Part shown: in pieces, positions 48,205 to 59,009 of the stretch
Layout: every line of letters starts with the position of its first letter
How positions within the stretch are numbered: the first letter of the stretch is position 1
NCBI GenBank assembly: GCA_001824295.1
Contig: MHWY01000008.1
Coordinates: forward strand, 52,261 to 116,260
DNA from: Candidatus Zambryskibacteria bacterium RIFOXYD1_FULL_40_13
Lineage (GTDB): Bacteria; Patescibacteriota; Minisyncoccia; Phycocordibacterales; DATDWN01
DNA: 64,000 nucleotides
Direction of reading: 5' to 3'
Program-made: the position numbers and the translations under genes
Notes under the pieces: model-generated
The model's database searches: none
What the model was told of the DNA's origin: nothing
Seen by the model: the letters and a program-made list of their open reading frames with translations, nothing else

Positions 48205-48984
48205 ATCAAAAAAAAATCATTAGGTCAGCATTTCTTAAATTCTCCAAAAATAATTTCTGATATTGTTTCTGCTGGAAAGGTGGGCGCGAATGATGTTGTT
48301 GTTGAGATAGGCCCGGGCGAGGGAACATTAACCTCTGCGCTTCTTAAGACCGGTGCGCGTATTATGGCGGTTGAGAAAGATGATAGGCTCATTCCTTTCT
48401 TGCAAGAAAAATTTGAAAATGAGATTTCATCTGGGAAACTCATTCTCATACACACAGACATTCTCCTTTGTGACGTAGAAAAAATCATCCGTGGACCATA
48501 CAAACTTGTAGCCAACATACCATACTACATAACAGGGCAAATAATACGAATGTTTCTAGAAAGCAAAAACCAGCCAAAACTAATGACACTACTTGTTCAA
48601 AAAGAGGTGGCCGAGAGAATCGTCGCAGGGAATAAAAAGGAAAGTTTGCTATCACTATCAGTAAAAATTTATGGTGAGCCTAAACTAGTCAGAGCCGTTG
48701 GACGAGGAGCATTCAGTCCTCAACCAAATGTAGATTCTGCTGTATTAAATATTGAAAATATATCAAGAAAAAAATTGGAAGGGGTAGAAGATAAAAAATT
48801 TTTCGAAATGATTCACGCCGGGTTTGCCCACAAACGAAAACAACTTCTTCCAAATCTTGGCGACTTATATAAAAAAGAAGATTTAATCTCGGCTTTCGAA
48901 AAATGCGGGTTGGACCCAAAGTCCAGAGCGGAAGATGTTTCTCTTGAGACATGGATAAAATTTTGTAATACAATACTGAGATGA
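48202..48984 (+). CDS. rsmA: 16S rRNA (adenine1518/1519-N6)-dimethyltransferase RsmA/KsgA
   Basis: 260 aa; LGQHFL, VVEIGPGEGTLT (SAM-binding), NIPYYIT. Confidence 0.9.
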   Translation: MIKKKSLGQHFLNSPKIISDIVSAGKVGANDVVVEIGPGEGTLTSALLKTGARIMAVEKDDRLIPFLQEKFENEISSGKLILIHTDILLCDVEKIIRGPYKLVANIPYYITGQIIRMFLESKNQPKLMTLLVQKEVAERIVAGNKKESLLSLSVKIYGEPKLVRAVGRGAFSPQPNVDSAVLNIENISRKKLEGVEDKKFFEMIHAGFAHKRKQLLPNLGDLYKKEDLISAFEKCGLDPKSRAEDVSLETWIKFCNTILR

Positions 48985-50624
48985 TGAATAAAATATTAGA
49001 GTCAATCAAAAACCAACCGATTACTGTTAGTCAATGGGTTGTTGGATTTGTTGGAATATTGTCAGTACGTTTCATCTTGGAAGCTTTTTCTAGCCCAACC
49101 ACTTCGGGAATAATTCCGTCTGACCCATTTACACTAGTGCACTACCTGCTTTTCTTTCTGTCTGTTATCCTGGGTATTGCTTGTATTGTTGGTTTCTTTA
49201 CAAAAAAATATGCTGAGACAGTAAAACTTCTACTTTTTGCTCTACCCATAACGTGGATTGCACCAATTTTGGATATAATAATTAGTTCAGGAACTGGTTA
49301 TCGCATGTCATATGTTTTTAATAGCCACAAGGAGCTTCTCCTTGATTTTTTTAGGTTTTTTAGTCCACAAATCATGCAGTGGGCCACCTATGGCATGCGA
49401 GTGGAAATATTGATTATTCTCTGTGGAATAGGTTGGTACGTGTGGACACAGAGAAAGAAAATACTCCCCGTTGTCTTATCGGTTATTGCTACATATTTTT
49501 TGATTTTTTTAATCGGTTCGACACCAGGAATCCTATACACCGTGACCAACCCCAATGCAGAAGTCACAGAAACTTCTTATGGTACTTTTTACTATGTTGC
49601 CGAATTAGTAACAGAGTCAAATATTTTTCACAACACCCTGCATGAAACGGCCTTCTCTGTTCCACCAATTAGATTTTTTGAGCTTGGTTTTAATAAACTG
49701 ATGTCCCAGATATTATTTGTTCTTTCTATTTTATTTAGCGCAATCTTATTCTGGAATATAGATAAACAAAAATTCAAGGCGGTGTTAAAAAACTCACGGG
49801 GGGAACGAATACTTTTTTATCTGACTCTCTTGGTTTTAGGAATGTGTGGTGCGTATCTTCTTGGCAACAAGCTTGGTTCTTGGGTAGATATTCTTAGTAT
49901 TGTTTGTCTTATGTTTGCCTGGATTGGAATCTGGCTATATGCAGTACAAGTAAATGATATCGAAGATATAGATATAGACAAAATTTCAAATCAAGAAAGG
50001 CCCTTAGTACAACATACTATCACCGCAAGTGAAGCAAAGGAAATCGGGTATATATGGCTTATTGTAGCCCTGGCTGGCTCGTGGTCTGTTGGTTTCTATC
50101 CCTTCTATATGTGCCTTGTAGCAATTATAATTTCTTATGTTTATTCTGTGCCTCCATTACGGTTAAAGAGAGTGACAGCACTCTCCACATTTCTAATCAG
50201 CATAGCTTGTCTTGTAACAATACTTGCTGGATTCTTCTTTGTTTCAATAAATAAGGTTGTGGCAACTTTTCCAGTATTGTTTGTAATAAAAATATTAATC
50301 ATCTTTACACTTGGAGTAAGTATTAAAGATATGAAGGATGTGGAAGGAGATGGAGTAAACGGAATAAAAACTGTGCCAGTGATATTTGGTAAAAATGGCC
50401 CGTGGGTTGTTGGTGTTTTTTTTGGTCTTAGTGTTTTGCTTGTTCCAATATTCATATCATTCTATCTGTTGTATATCATTGCTATACCAACGGCCATTAT
50501 TGGATACAAACTAGTTACAAAAACACCATACAAAGAGAAATCTGTGTTTATTTTATATTTTTCTTATCTAATACTATCAGTAATATTATTTGCAATTACC
50601 CCTTGGGTTGTCAGTTTATTCTAA
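48981..50624 (+). CDS. Polytopic membrane protein with C-terminal UbiA-family prenyltransferase domain
   Basis: 547 aa; Asp-rich motifs NDIEDIDID and KDMKDVEGD in a TM context typical of UbiA; extra ~300-aa N-terminal membrane domain. Confidence 0.5.
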   Translation: MMNKILESIKNQPITVSQWVVGFVGILSVRFILEAFSSPTTSGIIPSDPFTLVHYLLFFLSVILGIACIVGFFTKKYAETVKLLLFALPITWIAPILDIIISSGTGYRMSYVFNSHKELLLDFFRFFSPQIMQWATYGMRVEILIILCGIGWYVWTQRKKILPVVLSVIATYFLIFLIGSTPGILYTVTNPNAEVTETSYGTFYYVAELVTESNIFHNTLHETAFSVPPIRFFELGFNKLMSQILFVLSILFSAILFWNIDKQKFKAVLKNSRGERILFYLTLLVLGMCGAYLLGNKLGSWVDILSIVCLMFAWIGIWLYAVQVNDIEDIDIDKISNQERPLVQHTITASEAKEIGYIWLIVALAGSWSVGFYPFYMCLVAIIISYVYSVPPLRLKRVTALSTFLISIACLVTILAGFFFVSINKVVATFPVLFVIKILIIFTLGVSIKDMKDVEGDGVNGIKTVPVIFGKNGPWVVGVFFGLSVLLVPIFISFYLLYIIAIPTAIIGYKLVTKTPYKEKSVFILYFSYLILSVILFAITPWVVSLF

Positions 50625-50650
50625 TTAAGTAGATGTGATATAATTTTTAG

Positions 50651-51466
50651 ATGCCAAATAACAAAATTCTATTTGTCTTGATTCTTTGTGTTGGAGTAGT
50701 GACTTCGGTTTTTTTGTTTTCAAGAAATAAAAGTGCTGGCACAAACACAGAGAACACAGCGAACATCACACCAAAGTCGTACAGAAACATTGATGAAAAC
50801 ACAAACAAAGACTGGAAAAATATATTAGTAAATGTTGATACAAGCGAAAGCGCTACAACTATTCTGACCAACGATGACGAAAATTCATTTAACGAAACAA
50901 CACTTACAGCACAAATGTCGCGCGATTTCCTTTCCCAATATTTGTTAGCAATAAAAAACGGGCCCCTAACAACAGAGGATTCAGATGCAATAGCTAGAAA
51001 CACACTTTCCATTGAGGGGTATACAAACATATCTGGAGCAAAATATTTAGCCACAAACCTACACATAACAACGAAATCAGACCAAGTTACACTTCAAAAA
51101 TACGAAGATACCGTAAATAAAATGCTAAAAATCCGTTCATTAGAGGTAAAAGAAGACCCAACCACCATTTTTCAAGACTCAATAAACAGCGCAAGTGAAG
51201 TACGGCTCGCAAAGCTTGACCCAATTATCCTTTCAAACAAAGGTTTTTTGACAGACTTGCTCAGTGTTGAGGTTCCAGAGAAAGCCGTAACGGTCCACTT
51301 AGCTCTTCTCAACGCTTCAAGCAACATATTGTCTGACCTAGAGGGAATGAGATTGGTTTTTGTTGACCCAGTTAGAAGCTTGACTGCTGTTGGACAATAC
51401 AACAACCATATCTCGGATTTGAAAACTGCCGTAGAAAACATTGCGGGGTTTTTTGCTCAAAATTAA
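50651..51466 (+). CDS. Hypothetical membrane-anchored/secreted protein
   Basis: 271 aa; N-terminal TM/signal; no motifs recognised. Confidence 0.35.
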   Translation: MPNNKILFVLILCVGVVTSVFLFSRNKSAGTNTENTANITPKSYRNIDENTNKDWKNILVNVDTSESATTILTNDDENSFNETTLTAQMSRDFLSQYLLAIKNGPLTTEDSDAIARNTLSIEGYTNISGAKYLATNLHITTKSDQVTLQKYEDTVNKMLKIRSLEVKEDPTTIFQDSINSASEVRLAKLDPIILSNKGFLTDLLSVEVPEKAVTVHLALLNASSNILSDLEGMRLVFVDPVRSLTAVGQYNNHISDLKTAVENIAGFFAQN

Positions 51467-51567
51467 TTTTTCTTTGGTTAATACTTTTCAACAGAAACCC
51501 TAGTATTTAAGGGACTTGTTAATGTATAATAAACTTAATAAAAAGTATTTTATACTTAATAAAATCC

Positions 51568-54267
51568 ATGTCATATAAAAAAGTAATTGTTGGGATAATT
51601 ATCATCTCCTTTTCTGTTTTTTTTGTTCCACAGAAGAGTTACGCGCAGTATATTGACCCCGCACAGTTTGTAAAGGAATTTGCACTTGACACAATTGCAG
51701 TGGTTATTGGAAAAATAATGTTAAAAAAACTGACTTCTCAAACAGTCAACTGGATTAACTCTGGATTTCAAGGAAACCCCGCATATGTGACAGATCCAGG
51801 CCAATTCTTTCTTGATGTTGGAGACAATACTGCGGCCAAGTACCTGTCTGAAACCCAACTAAACAAGCTCTGTAGTCCATTCAAGGCAAATGTACGGCTG
51901 GCTCTGGTCAAAAACTATATTGAAGATACCAATAATTATTCCTGTACACTCGGCACTCTTGAACAAAACTACGAAGCATTCACTAACGATTTTACTCAAG
52001 GAGGATGGGATGGATGGTTTCAGATGACTCAGACCAGTGGAGGAAATCCATACAGTGCATATTTTGCAGCTGAAAGCACCTTGCTTGCAGGAATTAATGA
52101 CCAAAAGACAAAAAAAGAGACCGAGTTAAGTCAGGGTGATGGATTTTTGTCAGCACAAAAATGTAAAGCAGGAACAGCTTTCACCCAGGCAGATGTGGAC
52201 TATTGGGGGGAAATGGGTATATGGGTAGATATTGGGGAATGTTTTGAGGAAGATAAGGAAACAGTTACCCCAGGCAGTACAATAAACAAATCCTTAGGAG
52301 ATGCCCTTGGTTCCGGCTGGAAACAGCTTGAAGCTGCAGACGAACTAAACGAAGTTGTTACTGCACTTGTAACCCAACTGATTCAAAGGGTTGTTGGTGG
52401 TGTTGGTGATGGGTTAAGAGGAGCAAGCAAGTCTTCAGCAACCGGAGGAACTTCCTACACCGATCAACTAAGAGATGAGCCTCAGCCAGACCCTGTCAAT
52501 CCCGGAGAACTGCAACTCAGTGAAACCACCATGGTTTGTTTAGAATTCACAGAAGGTGCCTGTACAAAATGGGGGGTAAACCCAGGCCAAATATCCGGAC
52601 CGCCATGGCTTCCACCAATTGACGTTGAGACACCAACCCCAACCAAACCGGCAGAATGTCTCCAAAAAAACGGCAACTATGCAGGTGATCTAATGGGAGC
52701 AATGAACACTGTCTTGTCAGCAAACCCAACCCTGGCTGGCTCACCAAACACTACCGCAAACAGTTTTGCCTTCCTGGCTTTAGTTGCACAAAACCCACCC
52801 TCTGGATTTAATGTCACGGACCAGGTTTTGAACGGAAACGATAATACAAATAGAGGAGACTTGTTGGCTATATGGAAAAACGGTGATTCAAAAATGGAAA
52901 GATATGACGTGATTGCTTCATCTGGAGAAGGAGACAGAACAATCTCTTCTGCTGTATACACCGGCTTCACTGGATCAATTGCACTTAATTGTACCGCCTC
53001 TGGAGGCGGAAAGGGCTGTCACTGTGAATACGCACCAACAGAACCGTTACCACCAGAACCAACCAAAGAAAACCCATCAGTAACATCAATCAACCCAAAC
53101 CCTATTATGGTTTGGAATACACTAGAGATAACTGGTAAAAACCTAACAACAGTAGTTCAGTTTATTGATAGTGCGGGGACAAAAAACACAGAAGTGGGTC
53201 AAGGCGGTGGAACAAAAACAACAATCTTGGTGCCAAAATATTTGAAACCTGGTAATTATACGGTAAAAATCTACAAATCTGCTGATTCTATTTCCAATGG
53301 AGTTCCATTGGTTATAAAAGGAAAAACAGAACCAACAATTCCAACAATTCCAACAACGAGTAAGTGGACACCACCACAAACAAATGGTTTTGGTTGGTGG
53401 GCAAAGTTATCTCCAGATGGAAAATATGTAACATATGGGAATGGAGAAAGTTGGGTAACAAATCTCGAAACGAAACAGAGTTGGGACCTTAAGAAGGCCA
53501 TTGTTGGATTACCAGCAACTGCCGGTTGTTATGCTGGACAATGGATGTCAAACACAGTAATTTCGATTAAGTGTGATGATGACCCAACCAGCAAAGAAGA
53601 CAAATCGTACAGATATGAGGTTACGGTTGGTGAGTGGATTCCGAGAAAAACAAGTGATTCCTCAAACTTAGTTGCAAGTAACTGGATGGTAGTAGCAGAT
53701 GGACACTGGACTGGTTTTTTGGCGAGTTCTGGAAGAATTGTTCAAGATAATAAAGTTATAATTTCTGGTGTTGGTGGTGCAATCTCAGCAAGTAAAAATA
53801 AAATTGTCCACGCATGTGACAATACCAACAAAGAGATTTGTATAAGAAACAACGACGGAACTTTATATAAAAAATATTCTGTAAAAACTCCAAACCATGG
53901 AACAGCAACGCTTGACGAATATGTGGCCTATGGCGGATACGGATTGGTTCGTGGAATAACTCCACTTGGAACAGACATCAATTTAACTGTCGTTCCATGG
54001 AACAATGAGGGGGTTGGCCCAGGTGGACTGTTTTATGTTGGAAATGCCCTTTGGGTGGCCACTGTAAGTTGGGACAATGACACAGGAAATGGGTTTGCAC
54101 TACTAAGACCTTGGGGAGACATGAGGGCCCTAGCGGTTGTTGCTGACGCCGTTGATGTAAGTGTGGCCATAAGGGGTAATGATTTTGTTATCGCCTACTT
54201 CAGTGATATAGGAAAGTTAGAGGTTGTTACTGTGCCAACAAATTCCGAGAGAAAAACCTTGAATTAG
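51568..54267 (+). CDS. Large secreted protein (signal peptide; IPT/Ig-like and beta-propeller-like regions), first gene of T4SS-like cluster
   Basis: 899 aa; signal peptide; SVTSINPNPIMVWNTLEITGKNL (IPT-like); Trp/Gly-rich C-terminal repeats. Confidence 0.4.
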   Translation: MSYKKVIVGIIIISFSVFFVPQKSYAQYIDPAQFVKEFALDTIAVVIGKIMLKKLTSQTVNWINSGFQGNPAYVTDPGQFFLDVGDNTAAKYLSETQLNKLCSPFKANVRLALVKNYIEDTNNYSCTLGTLEQNYEAFTNDFTQGGWDGWFQMTQTSGGNPYSAYFAAESTLLAGINDQKTKKETELSQGDGFLSAQKCKAGTAFTQADVDYWGEMGIWVDIGECFEEDKETVTPGSTINKSLGDALGSGWKQLEAADELNEVVTALVTQLIQRVVGGVGDGLRGASKSSATGGTSYTDQLRDEPQPDPVNPGELQLSETTMVCLEFTEGACTKWGVNPGQISGPPWLPPIDVETPTPTKPAECLQKNGNYAGDLMGAMNTVLSANPTLAGSPNTTANSFAFLALVAQNPPSGFNVTDQVLNGNDNTNRGDLLAIWKNGDSKMERYDVIASSGEGDRTISSAVYTGFTGSIALNCTASGGGKGCHCEYAPTEPLPPEPTKENPSVTSINPNPIMVWNTLEITGKNLTTVVQFIDSAGTKNTEVGQGGGTKTTILVPKYLKPGNYTVKIYKSADSISNGVPLVIKGKTEPTIPTIPTTSKWTPPQTNGFGWWAKLSPDGKYVTYGNGESWVTNLETKQSWDLKKAIVGLPATAGCYAGQWMSNTVISIKCDDDPTSKEDKSYRYEVTVGEWIPRKTSDSSNLVASNWMVVADGHWTGFLASSGRIVQDNKVIISGVGGAISASKNKIVHACDNTNKEICIRNNDGTLYKKYSVKTPNHGTATLDEYVAYGGYGLVRGITPLGTDINLTVVPWNNEGVGPGGLFYVGNALWVATVSWDNDTGNGFALLRPWGDMRALAVVADAVDVSVAIRGNDFVIAYFSDIGKLEVVTVPTNSERKTLN

Positions 54268-54280
54268 TGCTTGAATCACA

Positions 54281-56410
54281 ATGCGTAAATTTTTTCCATA
54301 TATTTTAATAATAATTATTTTGTTTGGACTGTTTAGCCCGCTAAGTAATGTCTCCGCTGATGTAGCAAGTGTTGTAAACTATCTACTCCCTGCCCCAAAA
54401 GCGGGTGAGTGTTCAATTCTAAGTGGAGAAGGTATATGGAATTGTTTTGGGTGGGTTGGTGAAAGAATCGCCTACTATGCCATACTAGTACCCGCTTCGT
54501 GGCTAGTCTGGTTCTCTGGTATGCTTCTTGATTTTGTTATTAACTGGACTGTTGTGGGTATGAGGGAACATGTTGCCGAAATGACAGGAATAAATACTGC
54601 ATGGAAAGTTGTTCGCGACATCATGAACATTGCTTTTATATTTCTCTTAGTATACGAAGGTATAAAAACAATCCTAGGATTAAGCGAACTAAAAGAAATA
54701 AAGAAGTTTATAAGTATGGTTATCTTAGCTTCTCTGCTTGTAAACTTTAGTTTGTTTTTTACAAAGGTGATGATAGACGCATCCAACATTGTAACTGTTG
54801 GGATTTACAATGCGATTATAGATACCGATAAATTCTCAATCCACGGGCAGACAAATGAGATTGGCGGGTTATCTGTGCCATTTATGAATGCTGTCGGTGT
54901 TACGGGTTTCTACTCAGCACAAACCTTTGGTGAGGTGTCAGCAGACGCGGGTGGCCATAGTAACGCGATGATTTTCTATATTGGTGGGGCGGTTATTTTA
55001 GTAATACTCTCTTTTGTTTTCTTTGCAGTCGCAACCATGTTTGCTATTAGATATGTTACTTTACTGATTCTCCTTATGCTGTCCCCGGTTGCTTATATGG
55101 GAATGGCACTGCCTTTTGTTAAACCATATGCCACAAAATGGTGGAAGGCCCTGAATAGCCAACTACTTTTCGCTCCTATTTATATGATAATGACTTCGGT
55201 TGTTCTAACCCTTATGACAAGTGAGAACTTTCTTAAGAGTAGCGGTAGTTGGGATGGTTTGGTTAAGGGTGGCAGTACGGCACCTGGAGGACTCGGACTT
55301 ATATTTAACTTCTTTGTTGTCATTGCTCTAGCCATCGCTTCTTTGGTCATTTCAAAAAGTACTTCGGTAGATGGGTCAAATTACATCAAAGACGCAACGA
55401 CCAAGTTTTCTGCCTTTGCCGGTGGGGCTGTTATGAATAGTGCAGGAAGAGTAGGAAGGGGTAGTGTCGGTAGGGTTGGGGACATGGTCACAAACAGCGA
55501 AACCGCAAAAAACATGGCAACATCCCAAGGACATTGGTACTCTGGTTTTAATAGAACCGTGGGTAAGGTTGCACTAAAGACAGGAAACAAGGCAGCAACA
55601 AGTACATTTGATGCAAGAAATACCGGTGCTTTTGGAATGCTATCAAGTTCAACAGATGTAAAATTTGGAAAAGGGGCCGATGCTAAGAAGGTAAACTTCC
55701 AGAAAGACCTTGAAGCCAAAGCAACCAAACAGGCAGATTATGCAAAACTATTAAAACCTTCTGACACAGCAAAAGAAAGGGTAACTGCCGAGGAGGAGGA
55801 AAAAGTGAGAATAGCTGATGCACAACACGCTAACGCACAAACAGCACTTGATGCATTAAACAAGAAACGGAAAATGCTTGAGGAAAAAAGAAACAACGCA
55901 AGCGGTGTTATGGATCGCCTTGACATTCAAAAAGAAATTGATGCATTAAACAAAGAAATTCAAACAAAGAATGCTGGGGTAGCAAAGTTAAAAACCGCAA
56001 GTGACGCCGCAGTAAAGGCAAAAGAGGGCGCAGAAAAAGAGATGGCTGGGTTGTGGGAAAAAAGAGTTAATGCTTATGCATCAACCTTTAGTGATGAATC
56101 TGGTGTAGCAAAAACAGGTAGATACATAGCAAATATACTTAAGGCTGGCGGGGTAGCGGGGGCAGGACTATCACTTGGCTTTGGAGGTGTGGTAAGCGGA
56201 ATGGGTGGCGCTTCTGTAATAACAACTAAAGGGGATAAAAAGGTAATAGCAAGAAAAATAAAAGGGGTAATAAAAGACAAAAAAACAAAAATGACAAAAG
56301 AGGAGCGCAAGGAGTTAATAGACAAACTTGCAAATGCTGAGGATTCGGATGAGCCAGCACCCGTTGATACACCAGCACCAGAAACACCTCCGGCCCCACC
56401 AACAACATAA
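54281..56410 (+). CDS. Polytopic membrane protein, VirB6/TrbL-like, with C-terminal coiled-coil and Pro-rich tail
   Basis: 709 aa; signal peptide + >=6 TM; long Lys/Ala/Glu-rich coiled coil; PAPVDTPAPETPPAPPTT tail; position in the T4SS-like cluster. Confidence 0.35.
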   Translation: MRKFFPYILIIIILFGLFSPLSNVSADVASVVNYLLPAPKAGECSILSGEGIWNCFGWVGERIAYYAILVPASWLVWFSGMLLDFVINWTVVGMREHVAEMTGINTAWKVVRDIMNIAFIFLLVYEGIKTILGLSELKEIKKFISMVILASLLVNFSLFFTKVMIDASNIVTVGIYNAIIDTDKFSIHGQTNEIGGLSVPFMNAVGVTGFYSAQTFGEVSADAGGHSNAMIFYIGGAVILVILSFVFFAVATMFAIRYVTLLILLMLSPVAYMGMALPFVKPYATKWWKALNSQLLFAPIYMIMTSVVLTLMTSENFLKSSGSWDGLVKGGSTAPGGLGLIFNFFVVIALAIASLVISKSTSVDGSNYIKDATTKFSAFAGGAVMNSAGRVGRGSVGRVGDMVTNSETAKNMATSQGHWYSGFNRTVGKVALKTGNKAATSTFDARNTGAFGMLSSSTDVKFGKGADAKKVNFQKDLEAKATKQADYAKLLKPSDTAKERVTAEEEEKVRIADAQHANAQTALDALNKKRKMLEEKRNNASGVMDRLDIQKEIDALNKEIQTKNAGVAKLKTASDAAVKAKEGAEKEMAGLWEKRVNAYASTFSDESGVAKTGRYIANILKAGGVAGAGLSLGFGGVVSGMGGASVITTKGDKKVIARKIKGVIKDKKTKMTKEERKELIDKLANAEDSDEPAPVDTPAPETPPAPPTT

Positions 56411-56414
56411 AAAT

Positions 56415-57371
56415 ATGAACGAAGATATATTAAAAGACCAACCAGAATATGTAAAAAACTTACCCAAGCCCATCCAAGACTTTATATTTAATAGTGCCTG
56501 GAGTGAAAGGGTAGAAGAGATAGCAAAAAAATATACACTCAATGAAACCCAGACGGAGGACTTGGTAGATAATGTACTGCTTCTACTCATCGGTCTATTA
56601 GAACCAAAAGAGCTTCTCGGCACAATCATTGCTGAGCTGAATATTTCGCAACTCTTGGCTGAACAACTAGTAGATGATCTAGAAGTACGGGTCTTTGACT
56701 ATGCTCTAAAAAGCATGCAAAACAAAGAAAAAGGGCTTATTCTCCCAGCTGAAAACACCAAATCAGAGATGCCTCCTGTGCCAACCACACCCAAGAGCGT
56801 TCTCGATATTCAAAACGACCTACCAGAGATAAGGCCAGAAATTACTCCATTGGTTGAGCTAGGGGAGACTGCTCACACAAACCCCGTGCTAACCACACAA
56901 AAAGAGGCAACGCCACAAAGGGTCTATAAGTACGGACCGCAAGACCCCGTGAAAACTGAACAGGTGGCACCAATACATATTCCAGAGTCACCAAAGCTTT
57001 CTCCCGAGCAAATTCAAAAACCTTTTTCCGTACCGCGATATATTGGTGAAGATGGTGAGGTTAAACCAGAAACAGAAATGCTACAAAAGCCAGCACGAAT
57101 AAGTTACGGCGGAACTTCCACTACCAGCGAATTACCAGAAGCAGAATCATTTATGGACCTAAATACTGGCGGGGAAATGAAAAAGACCGCTTATATACCA
57201 AGTTACAACAAAACACAGCCCGAAGAACCAGCAAAACCGCAAGAGATAAAAGCAACAGAAACCAAACCAGTTGCCGAGGTTAAACCAGAAGAACCACCGA
57301 AAATACCAGAACCCATCACACCGCCAGTTAAAAGATATGACGTTGACCCATACAGAGAACCGTTGGAGTAG
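56415..57371 (+). CDS. Hypothetical Pro/Glu-rich protein (start moved to MNEDILKDQ)
   Basis: The longer ORF at 56328 overlaps the preceding gene by 80 nt; the ATG at 56415 follows the stop at 56410. Confidence 0.4.
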   Translation: MNEDILKDQPEYVKNLPKPIQDFIFNSAWSERVEEIAKKYTLNETQTEDLVDNVLLLLIGLLEPKELLGTIIAELNISQLLAEQLVDDLEVRVFDYALKSMQNKEKGLILPAENTKSEMPPVPTTPKSVLDIQNDLPEIRPEITPLVELGETAHTNPVLTTQKEATPQRVYKYGPQDPVKTEQVAPIHIPESPKLSPEQIQKPFSVPRYIGEDGEVKPETEMLQKPARISYGGTSTTSELPEAESFMDLNTGGEMKKTAYIPSYNKTQPEEPAKPQEIKATETKPVAEVKPEEPPKIPEPITPPVKRYDVDPYREPLE

Positions 57372-57477
57372 TTCATAAAGTCTATAAAGTCAAAAGTTTT
57401 TAAAGTAAAACACAATAAATGCTATACTTCTTAAGACTTTATGAACTTTATAACTTTACAAACTTTATAACTCTGCC

Positions 57478-57912
57478 ATGCGCTATCAAGTACCCCAATT
57501 TATTGAAATAGAAGACAAAATAATAGGTCCTCTAACCTTAAAGCAATTCGTATACTTAGTTGGTGGAGCTGGCATGTCTTTTATCATGTACAACTTCTTG
57601 CCGTTAATTGTTGCACTGTTGCTAATTGCCATTATTATTCCAATTTCTCTTGCCCTAGCTTTCTATAAAATAAACAATAAACCTTTTATTGATTTTATGG
57701 AATCTGCCTTCGCGTTCTATACAAAACAAAATCTATACATCTGGAAAAAAGAAGAGAAGATTGTTGAGGCAAAAAAAGCAGAGGCAACCACAGAAGCCCA
57801 AGTTTATGTACCAAGACTGTCTGATAGCAAGCTAAAAGAGTTGTCGTGGTCACTTGATATCAACGAAAATCTCAATCCACTTACTGGAGAAGATGGAAAG
57901 AGTACGAGATAA
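57478..57912 (+). CDS. PrgI-family / VirB3-like small membrane protein
   Basis: 144 aa; VPQFIEIEDKIIGPLTLKQFVYLVGGAG followed by two TM helices; lies upstream of VirB4 as in Gram-positive T4SS. Confidence 0.5.
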   Translation: MRYQVPQFIEIEDKIIGPLTLKQFVYLVGGAGMSFIMYNFLPLIVALLLIAIIIPISLALAFYKINNKPFIDFMESAFAFYTKQNLYIWKKEEKIVEAKKAEATTEAQVYVPRLSDSKLKELSWSLDINENLNPLTGEDGKSTR

Positions 57913-57949
57913 ATAAATTTTGGTTTAGGACTATGTTATAATCATCAAT

Positions 57950-58588
57950 ATGGCTGTAAATTCCAAAGCAACACAAGAGTTTGTCCCAATAAAAGAAGTG
58001 CGTGATGGCATTGTCGTCTTGAAAGATGGTTCAATGCGAGGGATTGTTCTGTCTTCCTCTGTAAACTTTTCCTTGAAATCAGAAGATGAGAGAAATGCCA
58101 TAATAATGCAATTCCAAGATTTTTTAAACTCTTTGGACTTTGTTGTCCAAATCTGTGTGGAGTCAAGAAGGCTAGATATTAGGCCATATATTGCACTTTT
58201 GGAAGAAAGGTATAAAGAGCAAGTAAACGACTTAATGAAGATACAAACCCGTGAATATATTGAGTTTATTAAAAAATTTACAGAATCCACAAATATAATG
58301 ACAAAAAGTTTCTTTATTGTTGTATCTTATGACCCAGCAATGATTAATGTTAAGGGCGGAGTAGCTGGAGGATTTTTTAAGAAAAAAACCGCGGCAGAAG
58401 AGCTGGAAAATAAACGGGCAAGTTTTGAAGAAAACAGAACACAGCTTGAACAAAGGGTCTCTGTTGTTGAGCAAGGTCTGTCACGATGTGGAATAAGAGT
58501 GGTAAGACTTGGAACAGAAGAGGTGGTAGAGTTATTTTATAAGATATTTAATCCAGGAGACACAGAGAAACCAATTAAGATTTCATAG
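57950..58588 (+). CDS. VirB4 N-terminal-domain-like protein (possible detached N-terminal part of the VirB4/PrgJ ATPase)
   Basis: 212 aa; VPIKEVRDGIVVLKDGSMRGIVLSSSVNFSLKSEDERNAIIMQFQDFLNSLDFVVQICVESRRLD resembles the N-terminal region of long Gram-positive VirB4 homologues. Confidence 0.4.
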   Translation: MAVNSKATQEFVPIKEVRDGIVVLKDGSMRGIVLSSSVNFSLKSEDERNAIIMQFQDFLNSLDFVVQICVESRRLDIRPYIALLEERYKEQVNDLMKIQTREYIEFIKKFTESTNIMTKSFFIVVSYDPAMINVKGGVAGGFFKKKTAAEELENKRASFEENRTQLEQRVSVVEQGLSRCGIRVVRLGTEEVVELFYKIFNPGDTEKPIKIS

Positions 58589-58631
58589 TTTGTAAAGTTA
58601 AAAGTTTTTAAAGTTTATAAAGTAAAATACA

Positions 58632-58976
58632 ATGAAAATTGAAAGATTTGAAGATATCATAGCTTGGCAAAAAGGAAAAATGTTGGCCGTTGATATATAT
58701 GAGTGTTTCAAACCCTGTAAAGACTTTAGTTTTCGAGATCAGATTCAAAGAGCGGTTATAAGTATTTCAAACAACATAGCTGAAGGTTTTGAAAGACAAA
58801 GTAATAAGGAACTATCAAAATTTTTATTTATTGCGAAAGGTTCTTGTGCAGAGGTTAGGTCAATGCTGTATATTGCGTTAGAATTAAAATACATAACAAA
58901 AAAGGATTTTAAGGGCTTTTACTTAACAAGTCAGGAAATTTCTAAAATTCTTTCTGGTCTTATTAAAACTTTATGA
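58632..58976 (+). CDS. Four-helix-bundle protein (23S rRNA intervening-sequence protein / DGR Avd family)
   Basis: 114 aa; RAVISISNNIAEGFERQSNKELSKFLFIAKGSCAEVRSMLYIALELKYI is the family hallmark. Confidence 0.8.
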   Translation: MKIERFEDIIAWQKGKMLAVDIYECFKPCKDFSFRDQIQRAVISISNNIAEGFERQSNKELSKFLFIAKGSCAEVRSMLYIALELKYITKKDFKGFYLTSQEISKILSGLIKTL

Positions 58977-59009
58977 ACCTTATAACTTTACAAACTTTAT
59001 AACTCTGCT

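Noticed and set aside
56328-56414. Long start (56328) for the Pro/Glu-rich protein
   Set aside because: It would overlap the VirB6-like gene by 80 nt in another frame and encode a His/Gln-rich low-complexity stretch; the ATG at 56415 directly follows the upstream stop.
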